From NCBI RefSeq assembly GCF_001194135.2, contig NC_069003.1, positions 18,800,101 through 18,864,100 of the forward strand: a stretch of 64,000 bases of DNA, in the 5' to 3' direction. Positions 1 through 12,897 of the stretch are shown piece after piece (the first letter of the stretch is position 1; each line of letters starts with the position of its first letter). The notes beneath the pieces were generated by a model. The model saw only the letters and a list, made by a program, of their open reading frames with translations, was not told the DNA's origin and made no database searches. Made by a program: the position numbers and the translations under genes. The DNA comes from Octopus bimaculoides. Its lineage: Eukaryota.

Positions 1-141
1 AGACAGTTAACATAATATAACAGCTTATAATATAATATCCTCATACATATCCTTTAAAACATATATTCATTCATTAGGTACAAGTAAGGCTGTGTGGTTA
101 CGAAGTTTCCTTCATAAGCATTTGGTTTTGAGTTCAATTTC

Positions 142-176
<35 letters not shown>

Positions 177-1363
177 ACATGCACACAATTACAGGTACAC
201 ATAAATTGAATTTATATTGTTTTAAAGGTACACACAAATTGAATTTATACTGTTTTAAAGTGATTTAAATTAAAAAGAAACTTCCATCAAAATTTCATAT
301 TTAATTATGTTGCAAAGATCTGCTTAATAATGACAAAGTTATTTTACTAAATTCTTCATTATTTCAAATTCCACAAGCCTTCTGTTCTAGACTGGTATTT
401 TATTTATCCCTAACTTAACCCGGAAGGATGTGTGGTAAAGTTTATCCAGGTAGAATTTGAACCCAAAATGCAATAAATTGGAATAAATACTGCAAGATGT
501 TTTGTCCAATGCTAAAATGATTCTGCTAAATCACCAGAGTCTCTCATTGAATGACATTGTAAGTGGTTGAATATTCTACAGACGCTAATTCCTTTTGAGT
601 ATTTCTCAGGCAGTATTGTTGTTATACTCTGTATGTGTGTGTGTGTGTGTGTGTGCATCAAGGCTGAGCCTTTCAATTACAGGTACAACACACCTTGTTT
701 TTACAATGTAAATAACTGAATATTCAATGTCCTGTTAACAAAACCCTCAGAGTGGCAGAGGGTGTGATAAGGCTACACCCTTTGAATCACAAGTACAGTC
801 CATATGATGGGCTTCTTCCCAGATATTGTGTACCCAGTTTCATTCTGAAGGTTTGATTTGACCCAGGAGGTATGTTATGCTGGAGGAAGGAAACATTCTC
901 AGGATGCAGTGAGACTTTGTAATTAACCATTCAACCTTACCCACATCAGTAAAAATGTATATAAAAGCACTACCCCCATTATAGTCACCAAACCTGCTCA
1001 GAGTAAAAATACAATGTCCTTGATGCTGTGTTAAAATCAGCAATGTAAGCCAATTAAACCTGCTAACAATGTACGCTACTGTTGCTGCTTATGAACTGAG
1101 AACCTTGCCACCTGTTGCATTTACTGACAGCTTTTGTGTGGGGGCTTGACCTTTTACAAAAGCTATCAAATTCTTTCAGATCATATTGTAGCATTTCACA
1201 GAACCAAACTTTTATGGTTTTATGGGGGTAAAATAATGGTGTTTTTTTTAATAAAATATAATGGAAATTTATTTTATAAACAAATATCATTTTTAAAATA
1301 GGAGTTTCCTACATGAAAAAGTTTACTTTATAAAACTGTTTGTTTCATTTAATCCTTTTGTTA

Positions 1364-1915
1364 TCAGAAGGCAGCATTGTCATCAGCATACTGAAGTTCT
1401 GAGATGTGTTGCATGTGTGTCAGATGTTTAGACTGAAGTCTACTAAGATTGGAAAGCCCTCCATCGTATTGATATCTCATATCAACTCCTGGATTTTCTG
1501 GGGGTAACTTTGTGAAGCATTGCATCCAGATATAAGGAGAATAGAGTAGATGCCAAGACACATTCTTGTTTTAGTCCACACGTGACTAGAAATTCTTCTG
1601 ATTGCATGTTTTGGTGTAATACACATCCAGATGTATTGTTATGCATTGTTTGAACCAGAAAGATTAAAGGATCAGGACATCCAAAACAATGAAGGAACAT
1701 TCGCATAGCAGCTCTTGGAACACTATCAAAGACCTTTTCCAAGTCATAGAGAACAAGATAAATGCTTTTTTCATGGAGTTGCCTTGCACAGAAAATCATG
1801 TCAGTTGTGTCACAAGTGGCACAGAATCTCCAATGAGATTCTGGTAGGATCTTTTCAACAATATCTGGAGCCGATTTAAAAGAATTCTAGCAAAGACCTT
1901 TCCAGTGATGGAAAA
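1364..1915 (-). mobile_element. Old RTE-clade LINE, reverse transcriptase fragment
   Basis: Translations give GKVFARILLNRL, LYDLEKVFDSVPR, GLKQECVLASTLFSLYLDAML and LQYADDNAAF (RT motifs) across frameshifts. Confidence 0.85.
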
Positions 1916-1993
1916 TAATGATATTCCTCTATAGTTCCCACATTTGTTTCAGTTCTAAAAATAATGAAGAATTTAGTGAAATAACTATCATTA

Positions 1994-2212
1994 GGCAGTG
2001 AGCTGGCAGAATTGTTATCATGCTTGGCAAAATGCTTAGTAACATTACATCTGTCTTTGTTCTGAGTTCAAATTCCACTGAGGTCAACTTTGTCTTTCAA
2101 TATTTTAGGGTTGATAAAATAAGTATCATTTGAGCACTGGGGTCAGTGTAATTGACTTAAACCCTCCCTTGAAATTGCTGGCCTTGTGCCAAAATTTGAA
2201 ACCATTATTATC
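1994..2212 (+). mobile_element. tRNA-derived SINE, family B
   Basis: Head ggcagtgagctggcagaattgttatca with B-box-like gagttcaaattcc; homologous copies at 8862-9078, about 21270-21480 and about 33715-33900. Confidence 0.75.
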
Positions 2213-2395
2213 TGAAGTTTAGAACATAAATTAACATGAAATTTTAGTAGGGTTAAACTTAGCTCACTTTAAAAATACAAGTTTGTATCATAGAACCAGA
2301 GGCCATTTCACTGAGGGAGTCTTGCATTAAAACAGGTCCTGATTTGTCTCCCTTACTTGTTGAAGTGATTAAAATACTAATAACCATTGATCTAA

Positions 2396-2784
2396 TATTG
2401 TTTTTTTCAACTGAAGTCCATATGCCCCCACCCGGGGTGTGTGGGGTCTATGTAAGACTTTTGGGGGTCCACACAAGCAAAATAGTAAATTGGATATACA
2501 CTATAGTATTTTAAAGGTCCATGCAAAAATGTTGCTTTGGATGTATTTATTGCAAAAGAAAAAACAGCTGAGTTTCCTTCACCAAAATTTTCAACCTACA
2601 CAAATGAATATGTGAAAAACAAAATAGGAATTTTACATAGTTCAACCTACACAAGTTAATATATGATAAACAAAATGGGAATTTTTACAGAAGTCTTTAA
2701 ACATCAAGTGACTATGGGTGGTGTGGCCTACCAGAATAAAATAGTAATTAAAGGAGTCAGACAAAAAATGGTTGAGAACCACTG
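2396..2784. mobile_element. hAT-like MITE
   Basis: Right end ggttgagaaccactg, eroded left end; interior homologous to 60517-60929. Confidence 0.7.
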
Positions 2785-2998
2785 GTGTAATGCAACAGAT
2801 TTGGCTGCTATTTCTTGCATGACTAGCTCATGACTCAATGTTTTTTTTTTCTTTTTGTATCCATTGAAGAAGACAAGATAGAATAAATTATAAAAATGCT
2901 TTTTGCTAATGATGTTAAATAAATTAGTCTTATCATTTATTGATTATCATGTATATATTGCGATGCACTCATTAGCTATCTCAGTGTCTACACAGTCA

Positions 2999-3032
<34 letters not shown>

Positions 3033-3449
3033 NNNNNNNNNNNNNNNNNNNNNNNNNNNNNNNNNNNNNNNNNNNNNNNNNNNNNNNNNNNNNNNNNNNN
3101 NNNNNNNNNNNNNNNNNNNNNNNNNNNNNNNNNNNNNNNNNNNNNNNNNNNNNNNNNNNNNNNNNNNNNNNNNNNNNNNNNNNNNNATATATATGATAGC
3201 TCTCTTAGTGTGTTGCTTATAAGTTTCTATAGATGTTTTATCCACCTATATACTTAGAAACAATGGCCATTTCGCTGCTATTGTGAATAAACTATAGATA
3301 GATGGCTATTTATATTTCTGTGGAAGAGTAAGTGACTGTGTGGAGTCTCACCTGCATTGAAAGCTGGAGTATGGGCCAGTTTAGAGCCTGGTGTAAGACT
3401 TTTTGCCAGTTTTTAAAATTAGAAACAGAAAAAATCAGGCAGCAAAAGT

Positions 3450-3745
3450 GCTGTCTGTCTCTCATTCTCTTTGTTTGTCTCTGCTTGTCTGTCTGTCTCT
3501 CTCTTTGGCTATCTGTCTCTCTCTCTCTTTCTCTCTCACTTTGCCCCTATTGGTCTGCCTGTCTCTGTCTCCCTGTTTGTCTGCCTCTCTATGTTTATCT
3601 GCCTCTATCTGTCTACCTCTACCTGTCTCTGTCTGCCTCTCCCTATCTGTCTCTCTGTCTCGTCAATGTCTGCCAGTCTATGTTTCTCTGACTCTGTCTG
3701 TCTCTCTTTGTCTGTCTTTCTCTTTCTATCTCTTTCTGTTTGTAC
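3450..3745. repeat. CT/TCTG-rich compound microsatellite
   Basis: Direct reading; it produces the spurious L/S/C-rich ORFs at 3332-3810. Confidence 0.95.
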
Positions 3746-4011
3746 TCTTAAGTAAGGTCCTTCATTTCACATTGCTCCAGTCTTCTCAGTTGAAAATGAG
3801 TCCCAGCTAAGTGCTGGTGCAGCTCATTCTTTCTCAACTGTCACATCACTGGATGTGCTTAAGGGGGTTGAGTGGGTGTCTATGTCTGCTCATGACTACA
3901 TAGACTCCTATAACAATAAAAGGAAGTATGGTGCATGTTATCAAGTTATACTTGCTTATGAATAAAGGCTGGTTGCACTGCAAACCTGTCTATCCACGTC
4001 AGCATTGAAAA

Positions 4012-4230
4012 TTATCATTATCATCATTAATGTCCACTTTTCCATGCATGAATGGGTCAGACAGAATTCATCAAGGCAGATTTTCTACACCCAGATACCT
4101 TTCCTGTTACCAACTGTCACCTGTTTCCTAGCAAGGTAATATTTCCCCAGGTATGCTTTTCACTGAAGTCTGGTCATGAATATTACTTGTATGATATTAA
4201 GCTCATTTATAATCATTACATGTTAAGACA
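4012..4230 (-). mobile_element. Interspersed retroposon-like repeat, family D
   Basis: Shared block gtcagacagaattc...ggcagattttct...cctgtttcc...caaggtaatatttcccc recurs near 24370, 26340, 38640, 40110 and 59590, and inverted near 37480 and 44560. Confidence 0.65.
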
Positions 4231-4276
4231 AGGATACACACACAAACATACACATGCATGTATACACACATTTGTG

Positions 4277-4328
<52 letters not shown>

Positions 4329-4898
4329 AGTGTGTGTGTGCACAATAGGCTTCTTTCAAGACCACATAGCTGGGAAGCAAGCTTCTTAAACATACTGTCA
4401 CAACTGTGCTTTAAAACAAGGGTCATCTGGGATATAAACCCAAGATCTCTCCCAATAAAAACAGTGGCAGTGGTGGTAACAACTGCAACAATAATAATGA
4501 TGATAATGTTAATAGCTGAAAGAGAGAAGAGTTCATGGGTGAAATGAGCCAAATCAAAGGGCTATGATACATTGGTTGTAGCATTGGTCATATCATGGAA
4601 TAAATTATTTCGTCATGAGAAAGAATAGATTTATTTTCATTCTTGAAGGTGAAATAATTTATTCCACTTTGTGTATATTTTGTATTCACCGACATAGGTG
4701 AATAGTCTATTTAGTTTGATCTTATCTGTTAATGGCTTCGTATCTCTTCCCACCCTAACCACTTACTCATCTCTCCACTTTCACCCCCACCCCCTCCACA
4801 TCCAGTTCTTCACAAACCATCATCTCCAGTCCTTCCTTCTCAGAACATTTCTCCCACTGGAATGTCTTTCCTGCAGGTGTTGACCTGCAGCACTTTAA

Positions 4899-5127
4899 CC
4901 CTTTAGCACTTTAAAATTTAAAGTGGTTGTATCTGGCCAAAATATTTTACCTGTTTTATGTTCATACTGGCCAGATCTGATTTCTCACATCTACCTTATA
5001 ATGTCATTCTAAAAATAAACAGTCACATCATTGAAATCTCGAAACTACAAGATAATGCATTATTAATTCAAAAGCAGTGTGAATAAACAAGCATTACGTT
5101 TGACAGAATGATCTGAATGCTAAAGGG
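4899..5127. mobile_element. piggyBac-like MITE, family P1
   Basis: TTAA at 4895-4898 and 5128-5131; terminal inverted repeats ccctttagca/tgctaaaggg. Confidence 0.85.
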
Positions 5128-5455
5128 TTAAGCAGAACTTTGAATTAGCAGCTTTAAGCCCTCTGTGTCTTAAAGGGTCTTGTAAGGCCTGCAGAGATTT
5201 TGGGTACTGCCAACTTCCTCCACACTCAGCAAGTTTACAAAATGCCAAAATTCCTTTGTAAAAGAATGCTATTATTCTTATATTTTGAAAATCTTCATGA
5301 TTTATTCCATGTGTCCATTACTGTAACAGATCCTATGAGCCATTTTTATGTAGTGTATAAACTCAAGTTGTTTAGGAAGTGTCAAATATTTATATGTGCG
5401 TGTGTATATGTATGTATGTACACACAAACACACACACACACATATATGAAGTTGC

Positions 5456-5664
5456 AAGCATGGCTATGTAGCAAGAAGTTCGCTTCCCGACTGCATAGTT
5501 CTATGTTGTGTCACCCTGGGCTCTAAAGCTCTAGGCCAATCAAAGCCTTGTGAGTGGATTTGGTAGATGGAAACTGAAAGAAACCTGTCATGCATGTACT
5601 TGTGTGTGCCCGTGTATCAGTGTGTGTATGTATGTGTATTGGTGTCTCTGTGTGTGTGTGTGTG
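5456..5664 (+). mobile_element. tRNA-derived SINE, family A (head and body)
   Basis: Matches the near-consensus copy at 45340-45533. Confidence 0.75.
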
Positions 5665-6982
5665 TGTGAGGTAGTACCCAAAAGAAACCGGAATTTTGCA
5701 ATATTATTTTAGTCACTTAGTTTTACATGTTTACACTTTTATTGCCTTCAGAGTATTCTCCATTTGCAGCAATGCATCGGTTCAGATGCGTTTCCCACTG
5801 TCCAAAGCAGTCTTGCAACTCTTGTGAAGTGATGCCTTTTAACACCTCCATTGTTTCTCTTCACCTCTTCCACATCTGCAAAACGTTTTCCTTTAAGGAC
5901 TTTTTTCATTTGGGGAAACAAAAAAGAGTTGCAGGGAGCAAGATCAGGTGAATAGGGAGGGTGGGTAAGCAATGTCATGCCATTTTGGGCAAAAACTGTC
6001 TCTCACTCAAGGTGGTGTGCGAAGGTGCATTGTTGTGATGAAACCATCACTGTCCACTTTGCCACAGGTCAGGGCATTTTTGTCTTGCCATGTCTCACAA
6101 ATGATTCAGAACTGCCAAGTAAAATGTCTAGTTAACAGTTTGACCAGGTGGAACAAATACTGTGTGGACAATTCCTTTCGCATCGATGAAACAAATCAGC
6201 ATTGTCTTGACATTGGACTTCACTTGATGCACTTTTTGGGGGTGTGGTGACATTGAATGCTTCTATTGACTTGATGGTTACTTTGTTTCCTGTTTGTAAC
6301 CATAGCACCAGCTTTCATCACCAGTGATGACCTTCGTAAAAAGGTTTGGTTCAACTTCCAACTGTTCTTTCAGTTCACAACACACATTTAGTCGTGACTG
6401 TTTTTGATCTTCTGTGAGCAAGATAGGCACAAATTTTGCTACGACTCTTTCATTCACAATTCATCCCTCAAAATTCGTTGGCAGAGCTCCATGACACCAG
6501 TCATATCAACAATCTCGTCAATTGTTTGGTGACAGTCCTTCAAGATCAGTTAATGAATTTTTGTGATGTTTTCATTTGTTTGGGAGGTCAGCGGGTGCTC
6601 TGAACGAGGTTGATCTTCAAGCAACAAATGATCATTTCTAAAGTGTGAAAACCACTTGTCAACTTGTGTTTTGCTCAGGGCAGCATACTTGTAAGCTGTT
6701 TGAAGCATGAGAACTGTTTTGGTCACCGTTTCCCCAGTAGAAAACTGAATTTCAAAGAAGCATATTGTCCCTTCGTTTCAGCCATTGCAAAAATGGATGA
6801 ACAAGGGAGAAGCACTGCAAAACAAAGAGGCTCCATGTGGCAGTATGACTCCATTCAACACCACTGGTTGGCAGACTGACGCCTGAAGGTGGCATCAAGT
6901 GGCTTCTAGAGTTGGAAGCCTGAACTACAATGGGCTTGTCCCACAGAGAATGTTTCCTGTTAATTTTGGGTACCCCTTCATA
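5665..6982 (-). mobile_element. Full-length decayed mariner transposon (about 1.3 kb)
   Basis: Minus-strand HPPYSPDLAPCNSFLFPQMKKVLKGKRF; matching ends gaggtagtacccaaaa and ttttgggtaccccttcata; many stops and frameshifts. Confidence 0.9.
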
Positions 6983-7381
6983 TACTGTGTGTGTATTGGT
7001 GTATGTGTTAGTCTCTTTGACTTCATGTGATAGTTGTGATGTATCTGTTGATGGGAATATTACCTTGCTTGGTATAATCTCACAAGCACTTAGTGTTAAA
7101 TTAACTTAACTATTACTTGTCATGCAGACAGTCCTCCTCCTCCTCCTCCTCCTCCTCCTCCTCCTCCTTCCCCTCCTCATTGTCATCTTCTTTTCTATGC
7201 TTGCTTGGATTAGATAAAACTATGTTCAAGCAGAATTCTACAGTTGAATGTCCTTCCTTGCCATCCTTCAACCTTTTACCAAGCAAAGAAATAATTCCCC
7301 ATGACACATTTTTCACAGAAGACTAAAAATGAACAGCATAACTTTTATTATGGTGATGTCAAAGCAAAGGTATTTGCATGT

Positions 7382-7416
<35 letters not shown>

Positions 7417-7679
7417 AGTGTGTGTGTGCACAGCCACTACTGGTTGCATATTCTCGACTTTTTGCACACTCCATCTACCAACATTACAACTATTAGTAAT
7501 TCTGAGCCCCCAGAAACAGCTGTCAGACCTGAAATACCATGCTCTCTCCCCTTACTTTTCTATATCTTTAATACTTCATGTAAATCTGTTCTGTAAATAT
7601 CAAGATATCTCTTTGCTTATGCATGAAGGTTCATCTGATGAATATTTTCAGTTTATGTTTCTGTCTTTATATATCCCTG

Positions 7680-8040
7680 TTCTTTTACTTGTTTCAGTCA
7701 GTTGACTGGCCATGCTGGAGCATCACATTTAGTTGAACAAATTAACCCCAGGGCTTTCTTTATAAGTCCAGTACTTATTCTATCAGTCTCTTTTGCCAAA
7801 CTGCTAAGTTATGGGGACATAAACATGCCAACGTTGGTTGTCAAGCAATGGTGGATGAGGACAGACACAGACACAAATATATATACAACGGGCTTCTTTC
7901 AGTCTCTGTCTACCAAATCCACTCACAAGGCTTTGGTCGGCCTGAGGCTATAGTAGAAGACGCTTGCCCAAGGTGCCCTGCAGTGGTAATGAACCTGGAA
8001 GCATGTGGTTGGGAAGCAAGCTTCTTACCTCACAGCCACA
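7680..8040 (-). mobile_element. SINE family A, full length
   Basis: Reverse complement of head (ggctgtg...), body and tail (...gactgaaacaagtaaaaga). Confidence 0.85.
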
Positions 8041-8044
8041 GTAT

Positions 8045-8625
8045 ATATATATATCTCCCTCTCTACCTCTCGTTGCTCACTCATATTCTACTTCCTCCCC
8101 TTCTTCTCCCTCTGCTACTCTTTCTCCCTACTCCTCGCTGGTCACGTGTGTCCGGTTGCTATTTCTTTTCGGTCTTGGACTCCCCNNNNNNNNNNTCTCC
8201 CTCTGCTACTCTTTCTCCCTACTCCTCGCTGGTCACGTGTGTCCGGTTGCTATTTCTTTTCGGTCTTGGACTCCCCAAGCTTCGCACGCACTTCTTCGCC
8301 TCTCCAGTTCGTGCGTCACAGCGTTTAATACATACACACTTCTCCACGTCTGGCTGTACAACCTTTTTGTTTGTTTATTTCACCGTTTCATTTTCCTGTC
8401 TTGTTTTCCGTCCGCCACTATCCTCCACGAAAAAATTTTTATTTGTGTTCGTGGGAAGAGCCATTTTAACAATGCATCCTGCCCTAACTCTTCGAAACGC
8501 CTGTGTTTTAATGGTGGCAGCTGATGAAGGATATGTTCTCTATGTCGCCTGCTTGTTTTTTGTAACTTGTTTATCATTTTGTTCATGTTCTTTTGCAACA
8601 TCATGTACCCAGATATGTATCTATA
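8045..8625. mobile_element. CpG-rich, apparently young interspersed repeat of unknown class
   Basis: Locally high CpG density against a CpG-poor background; no ORF with recognisable motifs. Confidence 0.4.
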
Positions 8626-8688
8626 TGTACATGTAGATGAAGGTATGTACATACATGTGCATATATATGCATATACTCATATATTGTT

Positions 8689-8788
<100 letters not shown>

Positions 8789-8861
8789 GAACTTCCTATA
8801 TGTGTGTGCATTGTTTTGTTTATGATCTATATAATTGTAAGAATGCGTCAAAAAGGAGGAG

Positions 8862-9078
8862 GCCGGTGAGTGGGTTGAATCATTAGCATGCTGGGTGAAA
8901 TGCTTAGTGGCATTTTGTCCTGTCTGTATGTTCTGAGTTCAAATTCCACCAGGGTAACTTTGCCTTTCATCTGTTCTAGGTCGATGATATAAGTGCTAGT
9001 TGAATACTGGGGTTGATTTAATCGACTTAGCCCCTTTCACACACCTGTTGGACTTGTGTCAAAATTTGAAACCAATAT
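8862..9078 (+). mobile_element. SINE family B
   Basis: Homologous to 1994-2212. Confidence 0.75.
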
Positions 9079-9817
9079 GTCAAAAAGGCATATTATAGAT
9101 GCTGGTAATTTGTGCTCAGACTGGATCAGATAACTAAAATCTGATGTCAAACAGGGAGGCACACATACATGTCTTCAGTTAGCTTTTTCATGCTTCCTAC
9201 ATTATATATGTTAACATCAATTTTTTTTTTTTTATGTAGATGGTATTGTATGTTCCTACAGCAACATATATGAATTTTTATACTTTTCATTTAGCGATCC
9301 ATTCATTTGAAACAACTTCGGCAAGTTTGGTGAAGATTTATACTTTGCTAAAGAGGCCAGAATAAAATCACAATATGCCCCAACTTTTTCCTTCACTTGC
9401 TCAATGCAATGAAGATATTTCTATGATATTAGTCATTTACCTACTTCAGTATATAAAGCTAAGTATATACTTTGCTAAAGAAGGCAGAATAAAGATCCAA
9501 ATTGACCCAGTCACTCTCTTGTCTGATGCAATGAAAATGATAATACAACAATATTAGTCATCGACATGTAATGTTGTTTTGGTTATGTCTTTTATTCCTC
9601 TCTGTGTAATTATTTATCATTTTTTGTGTTTTTTTCCCTACGGTCTGGGCATGAAATATATTAACACTTAACTTAAATATCAAATATTGTTCAGTTGATG
9701 TCATGATATCTTGGTTATGAAATACGGATGAGGTGGTGGTAGTAGTAGTAGTTTGTAGCTCTTTTAATTGAGTCATCATCATCATCACAATCACTGATAC
9801 ATACAGATATATATATT

Positions 9818-10192
9818 CAGGGTGTGATAGATAAATTGTTGCCATATAACTTTAATTTTGTGCATGCGCATTGTTTGTTTTTGATTTTGTCGACTACACA
9901 GTATAGTAGGGTCAGTTGGGCACCATCTGTGAGAAAAACAGGACCATGATGCAATTCACTCTGCCAGAAATTTAGAAATGACATGTGGTACTGCTTGGCA
10001 TTCGCACTGTGTTTGGGTGTCGATCTGACGATAGTGCAGAGGATTCGAAAAGAGTTGGATGAGTCTAATAGTGATTACAAGGGTATGGCAGCTCAGAAAA
10101 CTCCCTCTGATCGTTCTGATAAGAAAAGAACTCCTGAATTTGTTGGTGAGATCCAGGCCATGGTTGACAATGATCCCTCCAAGTCAATCAGG
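9818..10192 (+). mobile_element. 5' part of a Tc1/mariner (maT/DD37D-like) element
   Basis: Left end cagggtgtgatagataaattgtt is shared with 39042; N-terminal RSDKKRTPEFVGEIQAMVDNDPSKSIR. Confidence 0.75.
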
Positions 10193-11472
10193 AAGACAAG
10201 CCTTGCCTGGAAGATCTGTAGAGCTCAATGAGGATGTTCTGCAAACTCTGGTGGAACAAAATCCCATTGTAACTATTGAGGAACTAGCAGAAAAGCTTGG
10301 ATTTGGTCATTCAACATCTGTGTGCCATCGGAAAAATCACAAAATTGGGTCTAATTGCATGCAGAGAGTGAATGTGTGCTCTTCTTTTCTGTCACGTCTC
10401 ACGGATGAACCTTTTTTGGACCAAATAGTGACTGGTGATGAGAAATGGGCTTTCTATAAATATGTCAAGTGCCGAAGACAGTGGTTAGGGAAAGGAGAAA
10501 CACTGAGACCCCAGGCTAAAGAAAGTTTTTACCCATGTAAGGTGTTGTTGTCTGTTTGGTGGGGTATGAAAGGATTAGTTCACTTTGAACTTTTAAACCC
10601 AGACCAACCAAAAGCAAAGGAGATCTACTGTGAGCAGCTTGAGTGGCTTAAGTCAGTGCTAGAAGGAAAATGACCATCTTTGGTTTCAAGACGAAAGGTG
10701 TTCCTCCATCAGGATAATGCTCAGCCACATACAGCAAGGATGAAATTCCAAAGGCTGGAGCAATTTGAATGGAATTGACAACTCACCCACCATATTTGCC
10801 AGACACTGCCCCATCTGATTATCATTTATTCTGCAATCTTCAAAATTGTTTGAACAGAAAATATATGAATTCTGTAGGTGAGCTCAGAACAGTACTGGAG
10901 GAATATTTTTCATTACAGACAAGTGAATTTTGGAAGAGGGACCTTGCATGTCCACTTAGATAGATGGAAGAGCATTGTAGAAAATGGAAAGAATGCTATA
11001 TTAAATTTCTGAGTGAGATATAAACAGTAGCAATACGGAATCGTAGTGTATAATGGCCAACCAAGTGTGGTGTCCTATATGGGACAGTGCGACTGACATT
11101 TATAGCCCCAGGAAGACATCTCTTCCAGCTGGCTAACAACGTACCTTCTGTGTCCGATTAGTATTTGCGAGAGGTGGTCATCGCTCTCATCTCTAGTCCA
11201 TGTGTATCACATAAGGTTAGAGATGGGAGCAATAACCTCCCCTCACAAATACTAATTGGACACAGAATGTGCGTTGTTAGCCAGCTGGAAGTGATGTCTT
11301 CCTGGGACTATAAACATCTCTAGCACTGTCCCATATAGGATGCTACACTTGGTTGGCAATTATATGTTACGAAGGAGAGTATATTTTAGATTACAAAAGA
11401 ACTTTGTTTATCTTAATTTTGAAAAATAAAAGAAGTATAAAAAAACTGCGTTATTTATGGGAGGACCCAACA
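10193..11472 (+). mobile_element. 3' part of a mariner (DD34D-type) transposase with right TIR, interrupted at about 10988-11371
   Basis: IVTGDEKW, HQDNAQPH and HPPYLPDTAPSDYHLF; the sequence resumes at 11372 (aaggagagtatattttagatt) and ends ttatttatgggaggacccaacata. Confidence 0.88.
11042..11371. mobile_element. Foldback element (about 150-bp arms) inserted in the mariner
   Basis: 11042-11193 is the imperfect reverse complement of about 11216-11371; carries the tagccccaggaagacat...ccagctggc motif shared with 22767 and 40927. Confidence 0.8.
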
Positions 11473-12351
11473 TATGTGTGTGTGTGTGAGTATATAATGT
11501 TCACACACACACCAAGCTTCACTGAAAGTGTTGTCAACTCTGGTTGTAGTAGGAAACACCATGGTGTTGCACTGTGGGACTGAACCTCAAAACCATGTGG
11601 TTGCAAAGCAAACTTCTTAACTACCAAGCCAAGCATGCAACAACTCTTACAGATCTATATTTATCTCCTTTCTATATTTCAATGCATTGTAGTAGACATC
11701 TTGTGTAATCCCCCACAACTATGGCCCTGTGGTTAAGATATTCGTATCACAATTACAAGGATTTCAGATCTGAGCCCATTTTAGTCAAATGGATGAGATT
11801 CAAAACATCATCAGTCAGTGACTAATATTTTCTTCCCCTTACTACTTAATTATTTCTAATTAGCATATTTTAAGCAGTTTGATGCTTAAAATGTTTGCAC
11901 ACTGTAGCAATTATTATTCTGCTAGCATAACCTTGAGCCGACCCAGGCCTTGTGAAATAAATCGGTCGAGGATTTACTGTCTACTTTCTTTCCTTCCCAT
12001 GAAGTTATCAGGAGCTTCTGTTGTGGCCCTTCTCTCTACTTAACTGTTTACTTTAGGCTTAGCCATTGTTTGCTTTTAAGTCTTTTGGGGTCAAGCATCT
12101 TTGGTAAATTTACTGTTGTTCTTTAGATCATCTGTTGCAACTTAATCCTTTCCCCCTTTCAAGACAAATTTCTCATTCCTCTTTTTCTAGTTTGTCCCCT
12201 TCACTTTAACTCATTTGCTAACATATTTTTGTTCCAAAAAAAAAAAAACTACATTTGTTTCAATTAATTTTGAAAATAATGAAAAATTTGGTAAAATAAC
12301 TGTCTTTAGATTAAAGTGGGTGTTTGGAATGTAAATGAACTTGAAGTTTTG

Positions 12352-12692
12352 ATCTTTTATCGTTTACTGGTTTCAGCCATTAGTCTGTGGTCATGCTGAG
12401 GCACCACCTTAAGGAATTTTAGTCAAACTCATGCCTATTTTCTTTTTAAGCCAGGTACTTATTCTATTGGTCTCTTTTACTGAACTCCTAAATTATGGGG
12501 ACGTAAACACACCAACACCAGTTGTCAATCGGTGGTGGGAGGCAAACAGCTTCTTTCAGTTTCCTCATATCAAATCTACTCACAAGGCTTTGTTTGGCCC
12601 AAGGTTATAGTAAAAGGCACTTGCCTAAGGTGTCATGCAATAGAGCTGCATGTTGGCTAGGAAGCAAACTTCATACTACACAGCCACACCTG
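12352..12692 (-). mobile_element. SINE family A, full length
   Basis: Homologous to 7680-8040. Confidence 0.8.
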
Positions 12693-12897
12693 CAGCTATG
12701 ATAGAAGAATGTTTTACTTTAGGAAGTTTTAGGAAGTTTATATTATAGAACTAGGAGGCAATCCCATTTGTGTTACAGAACACATATAGACTGATGGTCA
12801 TACAATATTTAACCTTTTGTTACTTTATTTCTGTTGAAATATGCTGACTTTGTTTCAATTAATTTCAAAAATAAGGAACAATTTTGTAAAATAACTT

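Noticed and set aside
3298-3327. Micro-exon IDGYLYFCGR resembling an AMP-binding enzyme motif
   Set aside because: Poor acceptor, only 10 aa and no supporting neighbouring exons; likely chance.
8105-8276. Exact 81-bp tandem duplication
   Set aside because: The copies flank a 10-N gap, typical of unmerged contig overlap.
8493-8555. Possible type-II or type-I hammerhead
   Set aside because: Neither arrangement gives a complete core with a valid UH site and stem III.
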